A stretch of 50,475 bases of DNA from Clostridia bacterium (GCA_900767015.1 CAAFXQ010000261.1:1-50475), one strand, 5' to 3'. Numbered from the stretch's first letter, positions 15,197 to 28,600 are shown. The notes: a model not told the origin generated them from the sequence alone. Program-made: numbers and translations.

Positions 15197-15754
15197 ATGG
15201 TATCAGCAGGAGATTTCAGAAACGGCGTTACTTTCGAAATGGACGGTAACGTACTTCAGATTATTGAATTTCAGCACGTTAAACCCGGTAAGGGTGCGGC
15301 TTTTGTTCGTGCAAAGGTCAGAAACGTAATCACCGGATCGGTCGTTGAGCGTACTTTCAACCCCAGCGACAAGTTCCCGACCGCTTTTGTTGAAAGAAAG
15401 GATATGGAATATTCTTACAACGACGGCGACCTTTATTATTTCATGGATCCCGAAAGCTATGAACTGATTCCGATCGGCAAGAGTGAGCTTTCCGACAACT
15501 TCAAGTTTGTCAAGGAAAACATGGTTTGTAAGATTCTTTCTTACAAAGGCAACGTTTTCGGTGTTGAGCCGCCGAACTTTGTTGAACTTCAGGTTACAAA
15601 GACCGATCCCGGCTTTAAAGGCGACACCGCTACCAACACAACGAAGCCTGCCACGCTTGAAACGGGCGCTGAAGTCAAGGTTCCCCTTTTCATCGATGAG
15701 GGCGAAATGATCCAGATCGACACAAGAACCGGCGAATACATGGGCAGAGCATAA
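15197..15754 (+). CDS. efp: Translation elongation factor P
   Basis: [55 protein letters not shown] upstream. Confidence 0.95.
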   Translation: MVSAGDFRNGVTFEMDGNVLQIIEFQHVKPGKGAAFVRAKVRNVITGSVVERTFNPSDKFPTAFVERKDMEYSYNDGDLYYFMDPESYELIPIGKSELSDNFKFVKENMVCKILSYKGNVFGVEPPNFVELQVTKTDPGFKGDTATNTTKPATLETGAEVKVPLFIDEGEMIQIDTRTGEYMGRA

Positions 15755-15799
15755 ACTCCGTACAGGTAACCGGAAACCACACAGAAAGGAAGATGACGT

Positions 15800-16222
15800 A
15801 TGTCAGTATCAGAAAAAGTTGCATATTTAAGAGGCCTTATGGAAGGTCTTGACATCGACGACGACAGCAAGGAGGGCAAGCTTTTTGCCGCTATCGTTGA
15901 TACGCTTGATGAGATTGCATCGGACATCAGCGATATGGAAGAAGATCTGATGGATCTCAATGATTATGTAGAGGAAATTGATATGGATCTCGGTGACGTA
16001 GAAGACTTCGTATACGGCGACGACGATTGTGATTGCTGCTGTGACGACGACTGTGACTGCGACTGCGATTGTGTTGAGATTCATTGTCCCGCTTGTGATG
16101 AGGACGTTTGCATTGATCTTGACTGCATCGATGACGACGGCGTTTGCCAGTGCCCGAACTGCGGAGCAGACATTGAGTTTGAGATTCTCGACGAAGACGA
16201 GGAAGGCGCAGACGAGGAATAA
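15800..16222 (+). CDS. Highly acidic Cys-rich zinc-ribbon protein (resembles the Clostridia 'CD1247 N-terminal domain' proteins found next to efp)
   Basis: N-terminus VAYLRGLMEGLDIDDDSKEGKLF..; a DDDCDCCCDDDCDCDCDC run; C-terminal CPAC...CQCPNCG ribbon. AAAGGAAG SD. The family name is from memory. Confidence 0.8.
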   Translation: MSVSEKVAYLRGLMEGLDIDDDSKEGKLFAAIVDTLDEIASDISDMEEDLMDLNDYVEEIDMDLGDVEDFVYGDDDCDCCCDDDCDCDCDCVEIHCPACDEDVCIDLDCIDDDGVCQCPNCGADIEFEILDEDEEGADEE

Positions 16223-16274
16223 GAACAGCGGTTCTTTTCAGTCGTACGCATTTACTGCACTTAAAAATTCTTTG

Positions 16275-16309
16275 ACCGAAGCTGTATTTTATGCGGCTTC
16301 GGTTTTTTC
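16275..16309 (+). terminator. Terminator of the efp operon
   Basis: ACCGAAGC (16275..16282) pairs with GCTTCGGT (16296..16303), followed by TTTTTT. Confidence 0.75.
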
Positions 16310-16501
16310 ACGCAGGAAAAAGCAGTGCATACGGCGGTTTTATTGGCAGCCAAAAAGAGTCTTGCTTGTATTCGCTTTTCGGCTGTTTATGTACATGGAA
16401 AAGAACATCGTCTTTCAGGAGGGAAATATTGCTGAAACTATAATGAATCCTGACAGGCAAAATAAGCGGACAATAAAACTGACAGATACGACTTTTTGAT
16501 G

Positions 16502-16537
16502 AAAGCATCACCCGGTTGTCGGGTGATGCTTTGTTTT
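16502..16537 (+). terminator. Second, strong plus-strand hairpin terminator with no obvious gene upstream
   Basis: 13-bp stem AAAGCATCACCCG (16502..16514) / CGGGTGATGCTTT (16520..16532), followed by GTTTT. Confidence 0.55.
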
Positions 16538-16539
16538 CC

Positions 16540-16580
16540 GTAAAAAGAAACACAGGGCTGTTGCAAGAAGCAACAGCCCT
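16540..16580 (-). terminator. Terminator of the giant gene
   Basis: 11-bp stem AGGGCTGTTGC / GCAACAGCCCT (16554..16580). On the minus strand it is followed by GTGTTTCTTTTT. It lies 20 nt after the stop at 16601. Confidence 0.75.
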
Positions 16581-16600
16581 ATTGTTATTGGGATTGGCTC

Positions 16601-19600
16601 TTACTTGAAGACTGAGAAGATCTTCTGGAAGAATGCCTTGATCTTAGCAAGAAGCTTCTGGAACCAGTTGAGTGTCTTTTCACCTTCGTCAACAGCGTCA
16701 TGGTACTGATCGTGGTCACCGATGGTGTCGTTCCATGTGCCGGTGATTTCTTCCATTACCTGAGCGATGCTGCCGTAGATACAGGTGTCATTCGAACCGA
16801 GTGCGTCGAAGATTTCCTGATAGATCTTCTGGATCTTGTTGATGTCGCCGCTGAATGCTGCGTCAACCTGAATGGCAATTCCGAGAGCCTGGAAGAGAGC
16901 TGCGACGATGATGTCGGGTACCTCATACTTCGAGCAGGTATCGAACATCTTGTCGATGCCGTAGGCTACGGTCTGCTTTGCACCGCTCTGGAGCATGAAT
17001 ACATCTGCGAGCCAGTTGACGAGTGCTTCACGGTTGTGAGCATCACCGAACATCTCAAGAGCCCAGGTGATAACAAGTGTCAGCGTGTCACCCTTATCGG
17101 ATACGATGAAGGTCTGCGTCGACTTGTTGGCCCAACCGTCATACTTGCCGGTGCCGTAATCGTTGATGTACGGGAACGGATCAGTCGGTGTGGTGAAGGA
17201 GTTTGCAGAGTACGAACGTGAGGTTGCAACTTCCTTCGTTGAGGTGCCGCCCTCCTGAGCAAGCTTGTAGAAGTCGATTTCAGGAATCTTGAAGTCATAC
17301 TTCTGACCGAGTACCTGAATGTTGAAGCCGATGTTGTGGAGAAGCTTAGAAACATTGAGCATGCTTACGAAGTCCATGTTATAAGCTCTGCCGACAAGTT
17401 CAAGGATTGAGAATACAGGTGCTACGATATTTCTTACGGCAAGGTATACGCCTTCGTTGGAGATGAAGTACGCTACGTTCGGAAGTATTGTTGTAAGCGT
17501 ATCGACAGGTCTGTCGAGAAGTCTTTCAGCAAATACGCCGATCTTGGTAAGGATATAACCGATTACCTGCGTGTGATCCTTTTCACAAAGAGCCTTGTAC
17601 TCGTTGTAAGTAAGAACCTCTTCAGCGGTGAGGCCGAAGGCTTCGAGAATCGGGATAATACCGTAGTCGTAGCCGTTGCCGCCGCCGATCTTGACGATGT
17701 CAAGAATGTTGAGTGCTTTGCCTTCGCCCATGAGGAGAAGTTCAAGTACGGAGTTGAGCGGAGTCAGAACGTCGGTAAGAACTCTCAGGAAGCCCTGGAT
17801 GTCGCCGTCCTTGATGCCCCAGTCGGTGCCAGCGAAGGAGCCGACGTCAGCCCATGTTCCGTCTTCCTTGGCTGCCGCCGCTTCAAGAAGCTTAGCGCCG
17901 TTGTTCAGGAATACGTTGCCGGCCTGATACTTGGAGGTATCGGTGTAGTAATCGTAGTTGTCGATGAACTTAGCGTAGTAGCCCTGAACGGTGAAGTCAA
18001 GGTCAGTTTCTTCGGTGCTCATGCTCTTAACAACGTTAAGAATATTTGCTACCGTCGAGCCGCCGAGAAGCGGTACGAGCTTATCAAGAAGAAGGTTGAT
18101 TGTTGCATTGTTGATGTACTTCTGACCGAGCAGGCCCTTGAGTGAACCGAAGTCAGTCTTGCCGAGAATCTTCATGATCAGATCATCAAGGTTGTTGGCG
18201 ATGATGTCTGCATTGGCTTCTGTCAGCATGATGTACGTCGAGTAATCGAACTTCTTGGTCTTGATGGATCTGTTCTGTACGGGGATGTAGGAAACGTCTC
18301 CGCCGCCGATGAGATCAACGATAATATCGATAAGCTTGGTCGGATCCTTAATGATTTCCTCAATCAGCGAATCAATCGGTTCACCGAAGCCGTCAGGCTT
18401 GCCGAGGATTTCAAGAAGCTTCTCGTAGTTCTCCTGCGTGAGGATAAGCTTAACGAGGGTTACGAAGGTGTCTGCCGGATCTCCGACAACGTTCTGATAG
18501 TCAGCGCCGTTGTAGATATCGTACTTCGTGCTCATGGAGGAGCCGGTCATGTCGATAAACTTGTCGCCGTCGGTGTTAGCTGCTGCGGTTGCCGCAAGCT
18601 TGAGCCAGTCAAGCTCGAGGGTGATGCCGAGCGGCTTGCCGTTAATGGCGATACCGGCAAGTACATTGTTGAGAAGTACTGCAAGGTCGCTGCCCTTAAC
18701 GGTGATCTGTACGCCTGCGTCAACGCCCGGATGTGCCTTGCCGATGTAGGTTTCTGCGATCGACTTGTCAGTACCGATGTTGCCGAGGTTTACGTTGATA
18801 GCGATCGGGAAGATCGGGTCAACAGCTTCGAGAAGGTTGTTTACAGGAGCGATGAGGTTCTGAACGATCGTTTCAAGGTTGTCGTTGCCGATTACATAGC
18901 AGAGGTTTGCAAGAATCGGAAGAACGTTTGCGATCGGTTTGTCGAGAATCTCGTCTACCTTTGCGAAGACAGCGTCAAGGATGTACTTGAGGGTGCTGCC
19001 GTGGTTTGCTGCAACGTAGGCTTCATATTCAGCCTGAGTCTTGGCGCTGATGCCGAGAAGCTCAAGAACCGGAATGACTGCGTAGTTGTAGCCGTTGCCG
19101 CCGATAACGTTGATTTCGTCAAATGCCGTAATCTTGCTGCCGTTGTGTACGCCGGTCTTTTCGAAGGCTGCTCTGTCTGTGCCGCCCATCAAGAGGAGAG
19201 CCAGAACACCGTCGAGCGGGAGAAGCATATCACAGACAAGGTTTACAAGGTCTGCGGTTGAGGTGATGCCCCAATCGAAGGCTGTTGCAGTTCTTGTAAC
19301 GGTTCCGTCTTCAGCGGTGGTTTCTTCACTGTGTGCAAGCCATACTTCGTTCCAGGTCTTGGCTGTGCCGATGTAAGCGGCAAGCTTCGAGCCGAACTTG
19401 GTATTTGTGAAGGCCTGCGGGTTGATGTCAAGGTCAGTCAGGTTTGTAAGCTGATGTACATAACCGATGACCTGATCAATTGTTTCAGCCGGAAGTCCCG
19501 AGAGAAGCTTCGCAATCGAGGAGACAAGGAGGTTCGCAATGTCGTCCTTAACGAACAGCGGATAAACGATGTCCTTAAGGCTCGAGTTGCTGCCGTCGCC

Positions 19601-22600
19601 GATGAAGCCGAGAACAACCGGGATAATGGAGTCAAGGTTCATGAGAGCTTCGTTGAGCTGCTCGTGAGACTTAGCGCTTGAATAGGTTACTTCGATCTTT
19701 TCGAGCTGCGGCTGGTTGTAAGCCTTATACTCTACAAGATACTTCTTCAGAAGCTTAACGAGAATCTTGGCAACGTCTTCGCTCTTTCCGTCAAGCGAGA
19801 GAATGATATCTCCGGCTGTGGAGGTTGTGTCGAGGTTCAGCGTTGTGCAAAGGATCTTCAGGAAGTCTTTGGTGAGAACCGTATCAAGTACGTACAGCAA
19901 GGTGTCGCCGTTTTCAACGTGCCACAGGGTGACGTCATCGTCAACATTCAGTGCACCTGTCGGAGCGTCAATTCTGACTGCCGCCTTGGCAAGCTCTTCG
20001 AAGAAGTTGGTCGGGAGAGCCTTGATGACGTATACGGTTTCGCCGGTCTCGCTGTCCTTGATTTCAATCTTGCTGAGAAGATCATTGATAAGGTTGATGA
20101 GGTTTTCGCCCTTGTTGCCTGCGATGCCGATGATGTCGCTCAGTCCCATACCGATGAAGCCCTTCAGAAGGCCGTCGATCTGATCTCTTGAGATGACGCC
20201 ATCGAGTGCGTCGAGGATACCGAGTACAGGAGCCGCAAGGTTCTGGATTGCAATTTCGACGTCGTTGTTAGCGATGAAGAAGCTCAGGTTGCCGACAACC
20301 GTAAGGATCGTCGAGAACGGAGCCGCACATACTTTGTCAACGAGTGCGAATACATAATCGAGAACGTTTTCAACTGCCTGATTTGCGGTAGCCGCATCCT
20401 TCTTGGCTACGCCGAGATCCTTAAGGCCGAGGCCTGTGATGATCAGCGGTACAAGTGCCGACTCGTAAGCGTTGCCGCCCTTGAGGCTGAGACTTGTGGA
20501 TTCATCAACGCTGATCTTGAGATCCTTACCGGTGAGCAGGAAGGCCAGTACGCTTTCAAGCGGAGTAAGGAGATCGAGAACGGTGCTTACGAATGCATCC
20601 TTGCTGCCGACTCCGGTGAATACCGGATCGATCTTGACGATTGCGTCGCCGTTTTCGTCAACTTTGCCTGTCTCGTGGCTGTGAGCCTTGAGAACGTCTG
20701 CCCATGTTACGCCTGCTTCTGTGTCAGCCGGAGTAACGGTTACATAAGCGATAAGCTGTGCGTTGCCTGTTGCCGCTGCGAAAGCAGTCGGGGCAAGGTT
20801 TACGCCAAGAAGTTTGTTCAGCGTATTCGCAAGGTCTGCGGTCAGGAAGCCGGCGAGAGCCTTGACAAGTGCGCTTGTGATGGTTGCCATCATATCGTCG
20901 GTGAAGAGCATCGAGCCGAGGAGATAATCTACGATGTCTGCAAGGTCTGCGTCTGCCTTACCTTCGATAGCCTTTGCAATCTTTTCAAGGAGCGTCCACT
21001 CTGCTTCATCCTTTGAGGTGTCTGCAAGCATGGTGATCACTACCGGAGCTGCCTTGTTGAGTACCTTGTCGAGGCTTACGATTGCATCGTCAAGACCGTC
21101 GATGTTGTTGAAGTCAACAGTGCCGAGGAACTTGTAGATGTACGGAAGAATGGTCACATCGTAGGAGCCTGTCAAAATCAGGACAACGGTTGCAACAAGG
21201 TTCTTGATTGCGTTCGGGTCATTGAGAATGTCGTTAATGATATTCTTGATGGTTTCGTCAAGGGTTACATCCTTCAGAAGTCCCTCAACGAGGTTCTTGA
21301 TGTTTTCGCTGTTTTCCGCCGTGAGAGCAGTATCAAGAAGTGTTACCAGCGTATCAGCCGGGTCACCGGTGATATTCTCGAGGTCATCGCCGTCTTCACA
21401 AACAGGATACTTCGTATAGTCCTGCTTGGTGTCGATGGTGATGATATTGCCGGCACCATCCTTCTTAGCCATCTTTGCGGCAAGAGCGTTCCAGTCGAGG
21501 TCGAGTGAAAGCTTAATCTCAGTGCCGTTGATGTTAAGCGAACCGATTGCCTTATTGATGAAGTCAGCCAGTGCTTCACCGGAAACATTGATGCTGATTC
21601 CGTCGGGGATACCGTCGTGAGCGACGCCGATGTAGGTATCAACAATCTTTGCGGCCGCAAGGTCGATGCGGATTGCGATCGGATATACATCGTCGATCTC
21701 ATCGATAAGGGTGTTAACCGGAGCAAGAAGGTTTTCAGCGATTGTGTTGATGCCGTCAGAGCCGATGAAGTAGAAGAGGTTGGCAAGTCTTGAAAGCAGT
21801 TCGTTTACAGGTGTTGCGAGGATTTCGTCAACCTCTGTGAAGAGAACTTCAAGGATGTACTTGAGTGACGAACCGTCAGTTCTTACTCTCGATTCATACT
21901 GAACCTGCGTAAGCGGGTCAGCACCGAAGGCTTCAAGAAGCGGAAGTACTGCGTAGTTGTAGCCGTAGCCGCCGTTGATTCTGATGTCAGCTCTTCTCTC
22001 TACTTCCGGATCCTCAATGGCTATGATCTGTCTACCGCAAAGGAGAACCTGGAAGACAACATCGAGCGGAGCGAGAAGATCACAGGCGAAGTTTGCAAGG
22101 TCTTCCTTCGTGGAGATCTTCCAATCGAAGGTGCTGTGCATCGTCTTGTTGGCGGTTGCTTCTACGAGGGTTACGGCAACTTCGGCTGTATCCTTGTTGT
22201 TGTCAACGTCAGCCGTCAAAAGGTCAGCCTTGTCGCTGTAATAGTACTCAGTTTTGTCTGAACCGTCTTCAGCGGTTACCGTGTATGAATACTTGTAGGT
22301 CTTAACCTGTGTGACTTCGACGTCAGCGGTCGTGCTGTTGTTGTCAACGTCAGCCATGGTCAGTCCGTCAAGCGTACTGTAATAGGTTGCAGCCTTACCG
22401 TTTGCGTCAGTGTAGGTGTATACATACTTCGTGTATGTCTTTTCAACGTCTTTCCATGTGACTTTTGCAAGTTCTGCATCGGAAATGCTTCCGTCGCCGT
22501 CAGCGTCGGTGGCCGCAGCCGTGATGAAGTTCTTCAGCTGTGAGCCGAACGTGTCGTTTGCGAATACCGACGGGGCAAGACTACTGATACCAAGGTTGGT

Positions 22601-25600
22601 CAGTTCGTTGACATAGGAGAGAATGTCTTCAAGGTTAAGCTTGGCGAGAACCGGAACAAGCAGGTTCATCAGAAGGTTGCCGAGGTCAGCGTCGCTGATA
22701 AGTCCGTCGATGAGGGACTTCAGGTCGCCTACGCCGAGCATTCCGAGTACGCTTACAAGAAGCGGATCGAGAGCCTTGATTGCGTCAGTCGTGTTCTTGT
22801 GGTCAAGTGCACCGTAGTACGGAGCCGTTGCCGTACCAAGGTCAGCCTGCTGAATTCTCTTATAAGTGATGCTGTAATCGTTCAGGAGCATGATGATGAC
22901 GTCTGCCAGATCATATTCCTTGTCAGCGAGTGTCAGGAGCGTTGCGCCGAGGTCTTCGCTTGTATTAACGCCGACCTTCGTGAAGATGGTCTTCAGGAAG
23001 TTTTCGTCGAGTACGGTTGCGAGGATATACATCAGAGCGTTGCCGGTGTTGACATCCCAATCGTTTGTCTCTGTACCGATGTTTGCGTCTGCGTGGACAA
23101 CATCCTGAACGTCGATTGCATATTTGCTCAATTCAACGAAGAAGTCCTCAGGCAGCAGGTTGATTGTGTAAATTACTTTATCGTTTTCATCTTTGATTTC
23201 AATGCCCTTAATGAGCTCATTGATGAAGCCGATAAGGTTTGCGCCGCCGTTATTACCGATTTCGATAATATCGGTCAGACCCATTCCGATTAAGCCCTTC
23301 AGGATTCCGTCAAGCTGGTCTCTCGAGATGATCGAAGAGGCCAAGTCAACAATACCGAGGATCGGAGCCGCAAGATTTTCGATAAGCGGCTGGAGATTGT
23401 CGTTGGCGATGAAGAAGCTGAGGTTGCTCAGAACGCTGAGAATCGTTGTAAGCGGAGCTTCACAGATCATGTCAACGAGTTCGAATACATAGTCAACCAC
23501 ATTGCCGATTGCTTCGTTAGCCGTTGCCGCAGAGTTCGTTTCAATGCCGAGCGCTCTGATCAGCGGGTTGATTGCCTTTTCGAAGGCTCTTCCGCCCTTA
23601 AGCTGGATACCCTCAATTTCGAATTCGAGCGGTGTGCCCATGAGAACGAAGGAGAGGATCGGTTCAAGCGGCTTGAGAAGGTCAAGTACGAGACCGACGA
23701 AGCTGTCCTTATCGTTAGCAGCCCAATCGTAAGGCTTGAATTTATATTCGGTATCACTGATCTTGTCTGCTCTGAGAGCAAGAACATCGTTCCATGTTGC
23801 ACTGTCGCCGACATAGTTGATTACCTTGCTGTTGCCGGTTGCGGCGGCAAACGCCTTAGGAGCAAGATCAATACCGAGGAGATTATCGATTGTCTTGGTA
23901 AGGTCTGCGGTGAGAGCACCGGCAAGAGCCTTAACAATTGTGTTAATGAGTTTCGAGAAGGTGTCGTTGTTGAAGGCATACTCTGTAAGTGCCCAGTTAA
24001 CAATGCTTTCAAGCGTTGCATCTTCGCCGACACCGTCTGCAAGCTTCTTCAGGAACGAGTCTTCTTTTGCCGTTGCGCCGAGGATCTTGACGACGGTCGG
24101 AACAGCTCTGCCGATCATGTTGTCGAACTTCTCAATGGCCGTATTCAGGTCATTCATCTTGCTGTAATCGCTGAAGTCAAGTGCGCCGAGGAAGGCGTAG
24201 AAGAAGTCCTTGCTGTCATCGACATTGTACTGGCCGCAAAGGACGAGAACAACAACACCGATGAGGTTTTCAATCGCATCCGGGTCGTTCAGAACGTCAT
24301 AGATGATCTGAGCGATTGTCGAATCGAGCGAAGCCGGGATAAGCGACTTGATCAGAGCGGCAATGCCTTCGGTGTTATCCGCCGTAAGGATTGTCTGAAG
24401 AAGTGTAATGAAGGTATCGACTACATCGCCTTCAATGTTTACATAGTCGTCAACTTCGTCCTTGTTGGTAACTTCGCCGATGTTGTAAACCTGCTTGGAC
24501 GGGTTCTTGACAAGTTCGGCGCCCAAAGTATCCTTTTCAGCCGGATCCTGGGTTCTTGCCATCTTGGAAGCAATTTCGTTCCAATCAAGGTTCAGCGAAA
24601 GGTTGATGACGCTGTCACCGATCTTGATTGAGCCGATCGCCGAGTTGATAAGATCAGCAAGGTCTGTCGAAGCAACGTTGACGGAAAGACCGGCCTTGAG
24701 ACCCGGATGTTCTTTTCCGAGATAGGTTACAAGAATCTTGCTGTTGTCAACGCCGAGCATATTCAGGTCGACAGAGATGGCAAGCGGATATACATCGTCG
24801 ATTTCGTCAATCAGAACGTTGATCGGAGCAACGAGGTTGGATACAACACCGTTGATTCCTTCAGAGCCGACGAAGTAGAAGATATTTGCGAGTTTTTCGA
24901 GAAGAGTCTGAACCGGAGCGTTCAGAAGGTCTTCAACCATTGTGACGATTTCATCAAGAATGTACTTGATTGACGAGCCGCTGTAAATACTGTCAATTGA
25001 CGCATCATAGTCGGCCTGTGAAAGCGGGTCAATTCCGAAGGCTTCAAGAAGCGGGATAATCGCATAGTTGTAGCCGTTTCCGCCGTAGATTCTGATGTCA
25101 TTTTCGTCCGGATCCTGGAGAACGATGATCTGATCGCCCTGAAGAATGACTCTGAAGATGATGTCGAACGGAAGAAGCATATCACAAACAAGATTTACGA
25201 TATCTTCAAGACCGTTGAGCTTCCAGTCGAAATCGCTCTTGACAGCTGTTACCTGCTTGTCGGTTTCGACTTCGTTGCCTTCAGCGTCGGTTTCTTTTAC
25301 ATAGACCGGCTTCAGGTCGTAGGTCTTTGCATCTTCGCCTTCGCCGACAATGTACTTGGTTTCACCTTCTGCGCCGTAATAGGACTGTTCCTTACCGTCG
25401 GCGTCAATGTAGGTGTAAGCATATTTCGTGTATTTCGCCTGAACGTCACTCCATGTCTTGGCGTCGCCGATGAAGTTGGCAAGCTGGCTGCCGAACTTAC
25501 CGTTTGTGAAGGCTGCCGGAGTGATGTCAAGGTCAATGTTGGTGACTTCCTTAACATAGCCAAGGATCTCAGCAATGTCAACGCTGCCGTTGTCAAGTTT

Positions 25601-28600
25601 GGCAAGAACCGGAACGAGCAGGTTCATGACAAGGTTGCCGAGGTCAGCTTTCTTGAGAAGATCATTGATGATGCTTTCAAGTGTTGCGCCGTTGCCCTTA
25701 ACAAGGCCAAGGACTGTCGGGATAATTCCGTCGATTGCGGTAAGAGCACTTTCGATGTTTGTATCGGTAATGCGTGTATCCTTCATCGAAACCGGAATCT
25801 TTGTAATATCCTCCTGACGGATCTTGCTGTACTTGATGGAATACTCAGTTACGAGCATTACGATGATATCAACGATTTCATCTTCCTTGCCGGCAAGCGA
25901 CTTGACGACAGAAGCAAGCTGTTCGTTTGTATCAATACCGGCCGCCTTACAGATGAAGTCGAGAATGTCGTCCGTAAATACGGTCTGAAGCAGGTACATG
26001 AGGACATCGGTCTTATCGACGCTCCACTCATTGGTGGGTTTGTCTACTTCGCTGGTATCCTTAACGTCGATGCCGTACTTGCTCAGTTCTTCGAAGAAGT
26101 CAGCGTCGAGAAGCTTGGTAACCGGTGTTGTTCCGTCAGGTCCGACAATGTTCAGACCGGCGACTGCTTCGTTAATCAGTGCAACAAGTTTTTCACCGTG
26201 TTCACCGGCGATGGTCGTAATGTCTTCAATGCTGATCTTCAGATAGTTCTTCATAATCGCATTGATGTCGTCCATGGTTACGATGTTTTCAACGATTGAA
26301 AGCAGGCTCGTAATCGGAGACAGCAAGCTGTTGAGTGAAGTTTCTATACCGTTGTTAGCGATGAAGAAGGACGCACTGCCGACGAGTTCAAGAATTGTTG
26401 AAAGCGGAGCTTTTTCGAGCTTGTCGACAAGTCCGAAGATTCCGTCAACAACTTCTCTGATCATATCGTTCGAGGTGGCAATCTGATCACCGGCCTTCAG
26501 GCTGATGCCGAGTGCCTTACCGAGCGGAACGATGGCATTGTCATAGGTGTTTGCACCCTTGAGGACGAAGCCGTCAATGAGTACTCTGATGTTTTCGCCG
26601 CGAAGCAGGAAGTCAAGAAGATCTTCGAAGATCGCAGTCAGTTCATAAACAACGCCGAAGAAGCTTTCCTTGTCAGTTACATTCCATACGTAGTCAAGAA
26701 TGACCTTCGTTTTCTGATTCTCTGATTCGTCAAGATCCGGAGTAAGCGAATATTCCTTACCGTCGATTGTCTCTTTTTGAAGACCCTTGGCACCGTAATA
26801 GGTTTCCGTGATATCCTGGCCTTCCGCATTCTGACCGGTTACATAGGTGTATGCGTACTTCGTATAGGCGTTTGCAACATCAGCCCATGTTAAGCCCTTT
26901 TCGGTATCGGAAGCGGTTACCGTCGCAATCAGACCGGCTATCTTGCCGCCGTTTGCGTTGGAGATTGCTGCTACACCGGCCGGTGTAAGGTCGATTTCGA
27001 CAATCTGATCAACAAGCGTCTGGATAAGATCCATCGTCTTTGCGTCAAGTCCGCCGAGAACGCCGATGAGAAGTCCGACAAGGGTATTGGCCATACCGTC
27101 GTTAAACGCATATTTCTTAAGTGCCCAATCAACAATGTTTTCAATTGTTGCGTTGTCACCGAGTGCTTTGTAGATGTCAGCAATCAGCTGGATCGGTTTT
27201 TCCTGCGTTGCAAGAATCTTGATGACCTTCGGAACGGCATTGCCGACGATCTTGTCGAGCTTGCCGATTGCTCTGGTCGTTGAGGACTTCCATACGCCGT
27301 CGTCTCTGTAATCGTAATCTTCTGCGCCGAGATACTTGTAGATCATGACGATCGTCTCGACATCATATCTACCGTTGAGAAGCTTGATGATTGCATCGAC
27401 AAGCGACTGCGGATCCTTGATTGCGTTGTTGATGATATCCTGAAGTTCCTGCGGAAGCTTGGTCAGGTCTACCTTGAGAAGCTTGAGAACCGCATCAATA
27501 TTTTCAGGTGTGAGAATCATTTCGGCAAGAGCAATCAGGGTGTCGGCTGCGTTACCGGTGATATTTCCGCCCGGAGTTCCGATGCAGATATCCCAGTTGG
27601 AGTTGACCTTAGACGGGTTGAGCGTGATTGTTCCGCCTTCGCCAACCGCTACTGCCTGAGCGGCAAGTCTTGCTGTGTTGAAATCAAGGTCAAGAGCCGG
27701 AATGAACTTCTGGATCGCTGCTCTTACAAGTTCCTCAAGTGTTGCGGCGTTAAGGTCGATGTTGACACCGACTTCAGCGTTATGCTGTGCAACCTGGTCA
27801 CCGAGGTAAACCTGAAGAATTTCCGTATTGTTGATAAGACCCATCAGGTTCAGCGTTACCGAAACGGGGATGACGCCCTGAACAGCTTTGATCAGTTCGC
27901 TGATCGGAGCGATCAGGTTCGAAATAATCGTTGTCAGACCGTTCTTGCTTACGGTATACGCAAGGTTTGCGATAAAGCCGAGCAGGTAGTTGAGGGGTTC
28001 GTCAAGGTTGTCGTTGAGTGTCTTGAGGATGGCGTTAAGAATGTAAGCCAGTGAGCTTTCGCCGGTTTCAAGCTGGAGATCATATTCAGCCTGAGTATAA
28101 ACGTTCTGAACACCGAGTGCTTCAAGAAGCGGGATAATAGCGTAGTTGTATCCGCTACCGCCCATGATGTTGATTTCTCCGAACGCACCGAGCGAGTCAC
28201 CGTATGTGCCGTTTGCAGCGAAATTATAGGTTCCGCCGGAAAGGAGAAGCTTCAGGATCGGATCGAACGGCTTCAGAAGTGCGGTAACAGCGTCAACAAG
28301 AGCTTCTGCTTTTGCATCCTTACCGACTGCCGCCGAAACGCCCCATTCGCAGTTGATATTGAGCTTCGTGATCGGCTTGCCGTCCTTAAGCTCATATTCC
28401 TTATCGCCAATTGTTGCGGTCGTAAGTCCGGGAGCGCCGTTGTAGGTTGCGGTTTTATCCTTACCGTCAGTATCCTTTTCGCCTGTAAGGTAAGTGTACT
28501 GATATACCGGTGTCAGTTCGACTTCCTTATCGCCAATGTTTGCTTTAAGAAGGTCTTTTGCACCGTAATAGGTTGCTGTGATATCGTTACCTTCCGCATC

